Positions 54,111-64,000 of a DNA stretch of 64,000 nucleotides are shown here, one piece after another. Position 1 is the first letter of the stretch, and the number at the start of each line of letters is the position of its first letter. This DNA is from Amoebidium appalachense. Taxonomy: Eukaryota; Protista; Ichthyosporea. The notes below the pieces were generated by a model. The model did no database searches. It saw only the letters and a program-made list of their open reading frames with translations, and was not told where the DNA came from. The stretch lies in NCBI GenBank assembly GCA_963693365.1, contig CAVNZM010000002.1, positions 16,649,615 to 16,713,614 of the forward strand. Direction: 5' to 3'. The translations under genes and the position numbers were made by a program.

Positions 54111-55910
54111 GTGTCTGTGGATGTGTCTTCTTGGGTTCCGGGGTTGCTTGCTTATAAGTGTAGGAGAGGGGGGGGGAGGTATTTGTCGGTGTCTGAGGTC
54201 GGGACCGAGTCTCATGGCTCGGCCCCTGCCTTAGCACCTACGGCTTTGATCTTAGCTCAGGAGGAAGATGTGTTGATTGGTCTGGTTAAGAATTATTTAA
54301 AGGGGCCGGTTGATTCGATTAAATTTACAAATAAAAGGCAGATGATTAAGGTAGCTAAGTTAGCAAAAATGTGTCAGGTAGAGCAGGATTTAGTTTATCA
54401 TTGTTCTGGGCCAGACGGACACCGAGTTTGGGTCCCGACGGCACTTGTGCCTGAGGTTTTGCATATGGTGCATGAGCATCCCATGGCTGGTCATTTAGGT
54501 GTAAATAGGACGTTGCTTCGTGTTAATCGTTCGTATTTTTGGCCGGGTATGAGTAGGGAGGTGAGGGATTATGTGTTGTCATGCATGCATTGTCAGGAAA
54601 GGAATGAGAGTCCCCACTCTCGTTCCCGCCCGTCGTTTATTAGGGATTTTAATGTTCGTATGTTTGAAAGGGTAGCAGTGGATGTGGTCGGTCCTTTTAA
54701 TTCTACGGTTGAGGGTAACACTGTTCTTGTTACCGTCACCGATGTGGCCACTCGTTGGGTTGAAGTTTTTCCTCTCCCCACTGCTAATGCCGTTTTGTTT
54801 GCTCGTATTTTTGTGGATGAAATTTGTCTTAGGTTTGGTTGTCCTCGTGTTTTGTTAACGGATAGGAGTCGTGTGTTTTTAAATCAGTTGGTGTCGGAGG
54901 TGTGTAAAATTTTAAGGGTAGCTCATATCACTACGTCTGCATATCACCCTCAAGCAAATGCCATCTCTGAACGTGTGCATGCAGTGTTTCAGAAGTCCTT
55001 TGGCAAAATGGTGGATGTGGAGGCTAATGATTGGGATCATATGTCTAGGTTTATTGCTCATTCATATAATTCTACCCCTCATGCTGTGACTGGTTTTTCT
55101 CCGTTTTATTTGGTCTATGGGCAGGAGGCTATTAGTTTGTTAGATACGGCACTTTTGCCGATGGGGGGGGCTGACCGACTAACTTATCCCCACTGGACTG
55201 AGTTCCGGGAGCAGCTACTAACCCGGGCCCGGGCTGCACGTGATGCAGCTCTGGCCCGTACACAGCAGGCACAGGCACGTACAGACGTGTCCACACGTCC
55301 GTTACGTGAATTTGCCGAGGGTACTTTAGTTTTAATTAGGGATCATACTAGGAAGAAGAGATATAAGCAGGAGCAGGAAGGTAAGGGTGAAGGTGAAGGT
55401 CTTCGTAAGTATGGTAAGAAATGGTTGCCTCTTTTTATCGGTCCGTATAAAATAGTGGCTAGGTTAGGTCCGACGGAATATAAGGTGCAGAGGTTAGATA
55501 ATGAGAGTGATGTTAGATTTTATAATGTAGATGATATAAAGGAATATTATGATAGGGCCCTTAGGGTTAAACGGCCGGAGGGCCGTCGAGTGTTAGATGC
55601 ATTCACCCCCGACTATGACGGGTCGGTGGATGTATCGGAGGCTGCAGTAGATAAAATTATGGATAAAAAGGTTATCGAAGGTAAGGAAGGTAAGGTAAAT
55701 TATTATTTAATTCGTTTTGAGGGAGGTTATCAGGAAGATCAGTGGTTGCCTGAGTTTCATTTGGATTGCCCGTTTTCTATTCGTGCTTATGAGGCTAGAT
55801 TAGTGCAGAGGGAGTTGCCTAGTGCTCCCTCTCGGCCAAAGAGAGTTATTCCTCAGTTTAATCGTGGTGTGAAAAAGTCGGTGGGGGAGGGGGCCGGGGG
55901 GGGGGAGTGA
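54111..55910 (+). CDS. pol: Pol part 3: integrase with GPY/F motif and chromodomain
   Basis: HEHPMAGH..CMHC, VDVVGP, TDR, YHPQANAISER, GPY, VDKIMDKK..YYLIRFEG..DQWLPEFHL. Confidence 0.96.
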   Translation: MSVDVSSWVPGLLAYKCRRGGGRYLSVSEVGTESHGSAPALAPTALILAQEEDVLIGLVKNYLKGPVDSIKFTNKRQMIKVAKLAKMCQVEQDLVYHCSGPDGHRVWVPTALVPEVLHMVHEHPMAGHLGVNRTLLRVNRSYFWPGMSREVRDYVLSCMHCQERNESPHSRSRPSFIRDFNVRMFERVAVDVVGPFNSTVEGNTVLVTVTDVATRWVEVFPLPTANAVLFARIFVDEICLRFGCPRVLLTDRSRVFLNQLVSEVCKILRVAHITTSAYHPQANAISERVHAVFQKSFGKMVDVEANDWDHMSRFIAHSYNSTPHAVTGFSPFYLVYGQEAISLLDTALLPMGGADRLTYPHWTEFREQLLTRARAARDAALARTQQAQARTDVSTRPLREFAEGTLVLIRDHTRKKRYKQEQEGKGEGEGLRKYGKKWLPLFIGPYKIVARLGPTEYKVQRLDNESDVRFYNVDDIKEYYDRALRVKRPEGRRVLDAFTPDYDGSVDVSEAAVDKIMDKKVIEGKEGKVNYYLIRFEGGYQEDQWLPEFHLDCPFSIRAYEARLVQRELPSAPSRPKRVIPQFNRGVKKSVGEGAGGGE

Positions 55911-56178
55911 TGCAAATACACGTAGACACACGGGGGGAGGGGGGAGGGAGGGGAGGAGACCGAGGAGGAGTGTGAACGTAGTCGTAGGAATTTAATTTAT
56001 TATCATAGGTGTCTCCGTAGGTATCAAGCTTATGGTGTAGATTAATTTATTATTTTTCTTCGTAATTTATTTAATTTAATTTTTTTTAGGAGACTGATTA
56101 GTCTATGTCTTTTTAGGGGGTGTTAGATGTAATGTGACTGAGGTGGGACTCAGCTTTTCCGGGGGCCGGGGGGGGAGT

Positions 56179-56229
56179 TGACATATACTAATCCGTCTCA
56201 GCAGATTAGCCTAAGTCTACGATCGAGAT

Positions 56230-56264
<35 letters not shown>

Positions 56265-56904
56265 GGCCCGGGTCCACAGATCATCAAGATCAAGTCCGGG
56301 GCCTCAAGATAGCTGTACAGCTGCGTGCATCTTGCCTCTGCCGGCGCAGGGCATTGGACCACGTCAGCCGGGACAGCCGTCCAATAGAATTCTAATTAGT
56401 GTGTAGGATAGATCGTAGGAGGACTTAGGAATGTCATTGTTCGGGCAGAAGCCCTTTTGTAAGGATTGGCAAGGTTTGATAGTATATGTTGCCAAACGTA
56501 TTTATATATTTAGATGTAGAGGAAAGGGGGGAGGGAGGGGGGGGGAGGATAGTATGAAATGTAGATTTAGACTCTGCGGTGCCACTAGGGGGAGGGTGAG
56601 GGGTGAGACTTGGATAAATATATTAGTTGAGTAGATCGACTTAGCTCGTGCAGGCGCACGATAAAAGTAGATCGGAATGTTAATGGAATGTGGCATCGTA
56701 GGGGGCCAGGTGATGATGATCTTGTAGGGCACGGCCTTGATGGCCTCAGTCGTAACTTAGACTCAATCCGTACGGATCTAAGTTTGCCCGTCGGAGCCTG
56801 GTCTTAATAAACTTTACCGTTTTTCTGTACACGTTCGTTCCTTTTCGTGTGTGTACACTTAGTAGAGTGCCGCGTCTCTAGTACACATACATTAGGATAC
56901 GACA
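56179..56904 (+). repeat. 3' LTR
   Basis: Direct repeat of 48546-49259. Confidence 0.97.
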
Positions 56905-58026
56905 GACGCAGCACCCGGGCAATGGCAGGGACGGGGGAGTGACGGGACGCGATCGTAGATACTGCACCGTCGTTATCGGTGAGCACGCGTATGTGGCTGT
57001 TGCGACAGCTGGGACCCCAACAGGCCAGGGCCACGGCAATGCCAGCCAGCTCAAACAGCACGGAAGCCCACACATCTCCGCCAGCAATGACCGTGCGCCA
57101 ATGGTCCGTCCATGCTAGGTGAAACCACGCTTGACCCCAGTAGCCACCGCATCCTATGCTGCCGGCCGCATCTGTGGTGAACATGTGATGCACGGGGGGG
57201 GGGTAAGCACACGTATGCCGTTCCACTCGGGGAGGAACTCCGACCACAGCACAATGTCGGCTCGTGCGTCGGCGCAGACACGGATGTGGTGGTGGGGCCC
57301 TAGGCCGGCCCTCTCAGCCTCCGCCAGCAGATGAAGCAAGCGTTGAAGAAAGGCACGGGCACGCCCCAGCGCCACAACCTGAGCACACCACATGAGCTTG
57401 CCGCACAGGGACCGTAGGTCTCGAACAGTGGCCTTGGTGCGACCCCGCCAATCGGCTAGCAGGGCCCGGAGCTCGGTCAGCTTGACGGCAGGTAAGCGGG
57501 CCTCCATGCGCAGAGTGTCCCACTCGAGCCCAGAGTAGATGAGCGTGTGTGAGGGCAGCTGCACTTTGTCGTCGGCAAGCGTAACACCCACCTTCGAGCA
57601 CACCCACCGAAACACCAGCATGTTGAAGGCGCACTCTTGCAGCGTACGGCCGCCGAAAAAGAAGTCGTCCACAAAATGCTGTGTCTCTGTGGCGTTGAGG
57701 GCGTGGGCGAAGTGCTGCAGGGCCTGAGCTATGCGTTCCCAGAACGCTGGGCTGGACCGCAAGCCAAACGGTAGGCGGGTCTCCACATAGAACGCGCCTA
57801 GCAGCTGGAACGACAGCAGTGGCTGGTCGTCTGGGTGCACCGGGCCGTGACGAAAGGCACCCTTCACGTCGTATGCCCCGAGGAAGCAGCCCTGGCCGAG
57901 CCGAGCTACTGTTTGCATCACCGTGCGGATGGTGATGTACTCCAGCTGATCCGGGTAATCGACCCCATCGTTGATACTGGAGCCACGCGGGAAGGAAAGG
58001 TCGTGGATGCGGCGGACGCCCGTGCC

Positions 58027-58030
<4 letters not shown>
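56905..58030 (-). pseudogene. DIRS-type reverse transcriptase / RNase H (N-terminally deleted, interrupted by gypsy)
   Basis: RRIHDLSFP, DVKGAFR, LPFGLRSSP, FVDDF, LCGKL, TDAAG, ELAGI, TDN; frameshift in the G-run at 57194-57203. Confidence 0.93.
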
Positions 58031-58068
<38 letters not shown>

Positions 58069-59384
58069 GGCCCGTGACGTCATGGGCCGCCCGGCTGCCT
58101 GCGCCCGAAGTGATCCGTGAAACATCTTTCATCTGCTGCGCATATGAAACGTACAATGATCATGAGAGGGTGAATATTGTGTATCACTTTATGCTACAGT
58201 AATATTAATGTAGTGTACTATGCTAGAGTCTAGAGTCTACATAAGGTTGTGTTAAAGAAAATGAGCTAAAGCATTAATAGTTCTAGCTAGTGTAGAATCA
58301 AATGTGGGTGCGTGTGTGAAGCAGCATCAACAGTCAGTCATGTAGCAGTCGTAGCAGCCTCGGCCTGGGACTTGTCGTAGATGCAACCCTAGCGTCTCCT
58401 TGAAGTGTTGAAGGGGCCACCATGATGTAGACGGCACTTGTAGATGACTGGGCTGGCGACGGTGCTGGCTGGTTGACTTGTAGACTTGAAGTGACTGCTT
58501 ACTTGCTTGCTTACTAACTGACTGCGTGACTGAGCTCGAGTGCGCGCTTTTTATACCTTTGAGGGCCAAAAGCTAAATAATATTAACCAATAGAAATCAA
58601 GTACAGGGCTCGTAATCTAATTATGGTAACTCCAATTGCAATAATGGTAACAAGGGTTCGTCATCTAATTATGGTAACTCTAATAATGGTAATATAATGC
58701 ATATACCAATAAGAAGGACGATGCCAAGAGCATAACTATATATAGTAGGTATTGCGAAATGTTAGGAATTCATGAAGCTAACTATATATTATATACCTAT
58801 AAATCTCTCAGGTCATGGCGTCTCTGAATCTCCGGAATCAGGACGACTGTTCAAAATATTTACATGGGATCTAAATTAGACTTATTTGAGAATAATCTGA
58901 ACGTTGCTATTTGCAATCCGAGCACATTGGAATGCTGTTGGATAATATGCAGCCAATCAGAGACTATTAATTGACGTGGAGCCAATCAGCTCGCAATGTA
59001 CTATTTTGGAATTTCTTGGACCGAGTCTTCTTGGCGAACTCCGGAGAGCTGCCATCGGGGAGAGAGAAAGAGAGAGAGAGAGAGAGGGTGAGAAAGAGAG
59101 AGAGTCTAACACGTGACCATACTTGTAGCGGGCCATTGCCGTGCATATCTCTACATACTCAATGAATATCTAGCCTCGCGCAGGGGCTGCTGCTCCATCA
59201 CAATGCACAGGCAATTTCGATATTGGTCACCCTCTGGCAGCGAGCTGGGCAAACGGTTACACGAATACAATGGCCGTTCAGTCTCTTTGTTGTGGAACCT
59301 GTCAGAATATGCAATCGCATATGTCAACCCATCTCACTCGCTATCTTGATCGTGATGACTATGGGATAATGGTAGCTTATAAGA

Positions 59385-59801
59385 CAGGGTTGGGCTGGGG
59401 TTCGCCAGCTTAACCGTATCGCCCTTTTGCCAATCGTAACGGACCAATTTCTATATCGTAACGGGTGGGTTCTTGGGGAGCTGCAAGCCCCGCCTACTAA
59501 ACGCCCCTCCAGTCGCAAAACTCAAAATACGTGTTTTTACAAATTGAGTACCGCAAGATTACAAGCCCTGGAAACTTATTGGGGCTCGATATTGCACATG
59601 AGAAGCGCTGTAGATATGTTCTTGGGGGGGAATGTGCTGTTCTTAAACAGAAATATTGAAAAAATAGGGAAAATTACATATTAAGCGTTTATAATGCTAC
59701 ACACCTGATACGAAAGCTGTTACGACGGTACCCTGACCTTATTCGTATCGGGGTCTCTCGTTAATCGTAATTACGACGATTTTTTCGTAATCCCTACCCT
59801 G
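59385..59801. mobile_element. Non-autonomous hAT-type element (417 bp)
   Basis: Perfect 8-bp TSD TTATAAGA (59377-84; 59802-09); TIRs CAGGGTTGGG / CCCTACCCTG. Confidence 0.88.
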
Positions 59802-60427
59802 TTATAAGAGGCTATATGATTGGTTCTAAGTCATATAAGGATCTCGGCCGAAAAGGAGAGGAAATGGCGTGAAGTGGGTGCGTTCAGTGAAGGGGGAGGG
59901 GGAGGGGGGGGGAGGGGGAGACCTCAGGTGACGAACCTGTTTGCTGCATAGTGTCTACGCTTCGCTCTAGGCGCTTGTGCTTGTTTCGAAAAAAAGGTTC
60001 TAGGCTGCGCCTACTAGTAGGTGGAGGTACTTATATAAAGCAGTTAAGCTGCCTTCCAAATGCAGTGTGAGGCGCCTGTAGTTTGTGTGTATGTTTGTGT
60101 GGCAGCGTGTGTGTGGTGGCATGTGTGAATGTGTGAAATGGGTGCTTGAGGCTGTGTGCGTGCGTGCGTGCACGTTCTGTATGTATTGATGGTAGTGGCG
60201 GTGGTAGTGCACGTGGTAGGTGACGGTTTCTTTTGTTATGGCCACTAACACTATAACACCGTTATCACAGTGGTCACTAACAGTAACGAACAGTAACGGC
60301 GAGCGGACTGCGGAGGTTGTTTTTTGAGTGGCAGAGACGCATCGGACCGACATGGGTACCGGTCTCACCCTCGTGACAGTCGTGACGTCACATCAGTGAT
60401 ACCCGATTTGATTGGATTAGATTCAGT

Positions 60428-60439
60428 TTTGGCGCGAAA
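60428..60439. promoter_or_regulatory. Double overlapping E2F consensus site TTTGGCGCGAAA
   Basis: Matches TTTSSCGC on both strands; nearby TGACGTCA (60383-90) and ATTGG (60410-14). Confidence 0.45.
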
Positions 60440-61786
60440 CTGGCATAGAGCTTTGTCTACCCTCTTCGTCTACGCGCATCCCTCCTTCTTCCCCACTTCC
60501 CCCCCCCCCTTCTCTCTCTTTTTCTCTCTCTCTTCCCCCCTCCCTCCGCGCCCCCTCCCCCCTCCCCCCTCCCCCGAGCCCCCCGGTACCGCCCGCCCGC
60601 CACCGCCCGCCCGCCCGCTACCGCCCCCGCCCGCCCGCTTGCCCGCCCGCCCGCCCGCCCGCCCGGGGGCCCCCTCCGGTGTGCCCAATTTATGCAGTTG
60701 CACTGTGCCAATGAGAATGCAGAATTGTGCCAATCTGTATACGTAGCGGCCAGTCATATTCACATGATCAGAGTAAACACATACTATCAATTTTTCTCAG
60801 GCACTGTGAATGCACACAAACTTAGCCTAATAACGTCGAATAACTGGTCCCAACAATACAGGTAACACCAGTCAATGATTATTCAAACTTCTTGCTGTTA
60901 AACCAAACGCATTGCCGAATGAGCCCATTAACAAGGTACCTGTGTCCATGATATCTCAGGTTTGCACAAGATGAAGATCGCTCTTATAAACCCCATATAT
61001 TGACTGAGATCACTGCTTCCTTTCCTGGGCAGCACTAGATGCGCTGAAGCGAAAATCAGAATCTTGTGTCCTATTTTGAAACCCCCACCCATACGTAAAC
61101 ATAGTGCCCTCTCCCCCCCCCCCCCCCCCCCCCCCCCCCCAACAATCCAACAATCCACCCACCCACCCACCCACCCACCCACGCTCTACCAAATAGAAAC
61201 AAAGAAGAAATACATAAATGGAAACAAAAAGGCAAAAGGTTCGAGGCGGGGGAAGGGGGGGGGGAGGGGGGAGGAGACGAGGAGACTTGAAATTGAGAGG
61301 GGGAGGATCGGAGGAGGGGGGTTTTCCAAATCAAGGAACATCGAAGGAAAAGGGAAAGGAAAAAGTAGCCAAAGGGACATCGATGTCATCAGCATGTTTC
61401 GCTGCTCTATTCTGAGACTTCACCGTTCACGTGGGCTCCGGTTTGGAATCCCCTCCTCCCCACCCCCCCCCCCCTCCCCCTTCCTCCCCGCCCCCCTCTC
61501 CCCTTTCTCCCCTTCTCAGTTTCACCCACCCAACCAACCCCACTCCGCCCAACCACCCATCCGTACACCATAATACATATCAATCAAAGTGTTGCTCACA
61601 ACGATAGACTGTACCAATTCATATAATTGAAACACATGGTCCAAAAAGAGAAAGAATGGGAAGCGATGATGCTTGCAAATTTAAAACCGTTGTGGCAAGG
61701 TCCTGAGCATGAATTGAATGGACGAGTGCCATGATGGTTTTCCCCGGGCGCAAATCTTACGTTGAATTCTGTTGAATCTTACGTGG

Positions 61787-61870
61787 GCTTATCGGTGCCC
61801 TATGCATGGTTGTCTGTGTGCATGGTTTTGGAGTACTGCTCTTGGAAACATGCATAGGGCACCGATAAGC
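61787..61870. repeat. Perfect 22-bp inverted repeat with 40-nt spacer
   Basis: GCTTATCGGTGCCCTATGCATG (61787-61808) / CATGCATAGGGCACCGATAAGC (61849-61870). Confidence 0.9.
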
Positions 61871-62308
61871 AGTAACGTTTTGGGTGTGCTCGTTGTACCA
61901 TTAGAATAGTAAAATGTTATATCTCCACATGTGATTCAGATGTAAACCTTGTAACGCAATTATCTACATATACAAATACTGATGGCCTTGCATGCCGATG
62001 ATAAGCACATTCCCCGTACAAAATAATATAAAAGTAGCAAGGCCTCGTAGATAAACAAAAGTAGTCACACTACAGTGAATAGCTGCACCCAGTCAGCAGT
62101 GCTATTTAGGAGGCCTTCGTTTGAATCACAGCGACACAAACGAAATCGAGCGGTGACCCTTTCGAAATCATCACGTGCATCACATGATAGCGCAATCGTT
62201 TTTAGTTTTTTACGAGTTCAGAAGTTGAACAAGGGAAGGATTTTTTACTGAAAACTAAGATTTGTAGTAACTCAAGGCCCAACTGTGAGCTGTTTGTATT
62301 GCGCAAAA

Positions 62309-62478
62309 ATGTCTTGGGGTAAGAAATCTGCGCATGCACCAGAAAAGATCGTGTCAATAACTCTAGAGCGGGAGAAGAATAGGAGTGTACAGAGCGTTGT
62401 TAGAAGGGAGAGTGTGGGCTGGGATGGGGAGTTAGAAGTGGGGGTGGTGGTGGTGGTTGGGGGGGGGGGGGGGGGGGG

Positions 62479-62509
<31 letters not shown>

Positions 62510-63310
62510 ATGAAGGGGTAGGGGAGGAGAAGATAACGAATATTTCTGTGGTTAAACCTGTTTGAAAAGAGTGGTTTCATCCGTCTGCAACTTTCTGAGT
62601 GAGGGCTCGGTACACCACCACAGTTACGTGCGTTTTTGTGTGCCTGTGCGTGTCCGTTAGGTAGCTCTGTGCCTGTGTTCGTGGAGGTTGAGCTAGTACG
62701 CTTTGTGTGTGTTTTTCGCTTAGACACAAGTGGTACATACGTGCACAGACACACACTTCGATTGACAAGTAAACCAGACGCAAACCAGCACAGACTTGGT
62801 ATGCACACTACTCATACACACGCACATGTGCACCGGTTGTTTGTTTGCTGCATCCTAGCACCATCTCCCCCTTTGCTTCTTGTTTGCTTCTAACCCCCCC
62901 TCCCCCCCCGTCCTTTAGAGGACGATGATTTTGAGCCGGTGATTCCCAGTAAGGTGAAGCAGATTGGGTTTGAGGATGAGGACGAGGATGAAGACGTGAG
63001 GGTATGTCCCAGCGGCAGTCGCTTACACACACACAGGCAGACACAAACATGTACACGTTCACACACGCGCGCGCGCACGCACACACAGAGAGAGAGAGAG
63101 ACGCACTCACACACACGATACAAACGAGCAGCGCGTGCGCACACACGACACACACACACACAGGTACGTACACACCTGCTTGCAGACACAAACACAGGCA
63201 TAAGGACACACAAGCACAGACACACAGACACGCAAACACCACACAAGACACATACCTGCACACACCGACACCCACATGCACACACACACAAACACACACA
63301 CACACACACA

Positions 63311-63350
<40 letters not shown>

Positions 63351-63664
63351 AACACCCCACACTCACACCCACACCCAATACCTTAGAAGTTCCTCTGCAT
63401 TCTCTCTCCCCCCTTGGGCTGGTACCACCTTTGTCTATGTGTGCATGCGTGTCTGTATGTTTGTGTCTGGGCGATGGGGAAGATATGGAAAGTTAACCCG
63501 CTTATTATTGGCATGCCTCCCATTTATCCCGTTTTTCATTCAGGAAAGTTGGGACGTTGATTCTGACGAGGAGCGCAAGAAGAAGGAGGAGGCAAAGAAG
63601 GCCGAGGCAGCAAAGCCAAAGCCAGCGGCAGCAGCAGAGAAGAAGGGGGAAGAAGCTCAAGCAG
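62309..63664 (+). CDS. EIF3J: Eukaryotic translation initiation factor 3 subunit J (first three exons: 62309-62318, 62919-63001, 63544-~63664; continues beyond window)
   Basis: [33 protein letters not shown] matches the acidic Trp-containing N-terminus of eIF3j/Hcr1. Confidence 0.82.
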
Positions 63665-64000
63665 GTGGGGGGGGGGGGGGGGGGGTTAAGGGGAAGGGAG
63701 GTGTATGTCGGAGGGGGGGGGGAGGGGGAGGGGGGAGGGAGGGGATATAGGGGAGAGGTGTGTGTGTCGGGATGGAGAGGAGACGGGAGGTGTGTATGTG
63801 TGTATATGTATGTGTAATTTGTGTGTGTGTGTGTGTATGTGCGTCGGAGGAGAGGAGGGATAGGGGGAGAAGGAAGAGGGTGGTTGAAGAGGGTAGTTGG
63901 GGGGGGGGGGGGGGGGAGGAAGGGGGGGAGGGGGGGAGGGGGAGGGGGGGGGGCTGCTGAGCTGTATGGGAGGAGAGGGGGGGGTGTGTGTGTTGAGAGA

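Larger units (their letters stand above)
48546..56904 (+). mobile_element. Full-length Ty3/gypsy LTR retrotransposon (chromovirus)
   Basis: TG...CA LTRs, 5-bp TSD GACGC (48541-45; 56905-09), G-rich PPT before 56179, gag-PR-RT-RH-IN-chromodomain order. Confidence 0.97.
45859..58155 (-). mobile_element. Ngaro/PAT-type (DIRS order) tyrosine-recombinase retrotransposon, degenerate, with split direct repeats
   Basis: Order on minus strand: A1 (58155-58067, truncated) - RT/RH - YR - B1 (46514-46382) - A2 (46381-45992) - B2 (45991-45859); no TSD seen. Confidence 0.92.

Overview
Eukaryotic (opisthokont-like, possibly unicellular holozoan; inference) genomic DNA with introns saturated by (CA/GT)n and poly(C/G) tracts, so most listed ORFs are spurious. 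By manual splicing I reconstruct seven host genes: EMC7 (-, partial), MRPL10 (+), a 17-exon TREX1/DPD1-like DEDDh exonuclease (+), eIF3K (-), RBBP9 (+), TBC1D23 (+) and eIF3J (+, partial). A degenerate Ngaro/DIRS-type tyrosine-recombinase retrotransposon (45859-58155, -) is interrupted by a young full-length Ty3/gypsy chromovirus (48546-56904, +). There are also Tc1/pogo-type and hAT-type MITEs. The most unusual signal is a dispersed ~450-bp intronic repeat: 7 full or partial copies in two subfamilies, all sense to their host genes, with every insertion bounded by poly(C) tracts. It has covarying stems and all three hammerhead-ribozyme core strands in a non-circularly permuted order, making it a candidate new retrozyme-like element. 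Several single-base frameshifts fall in homopolymers and are probably assembly errors.
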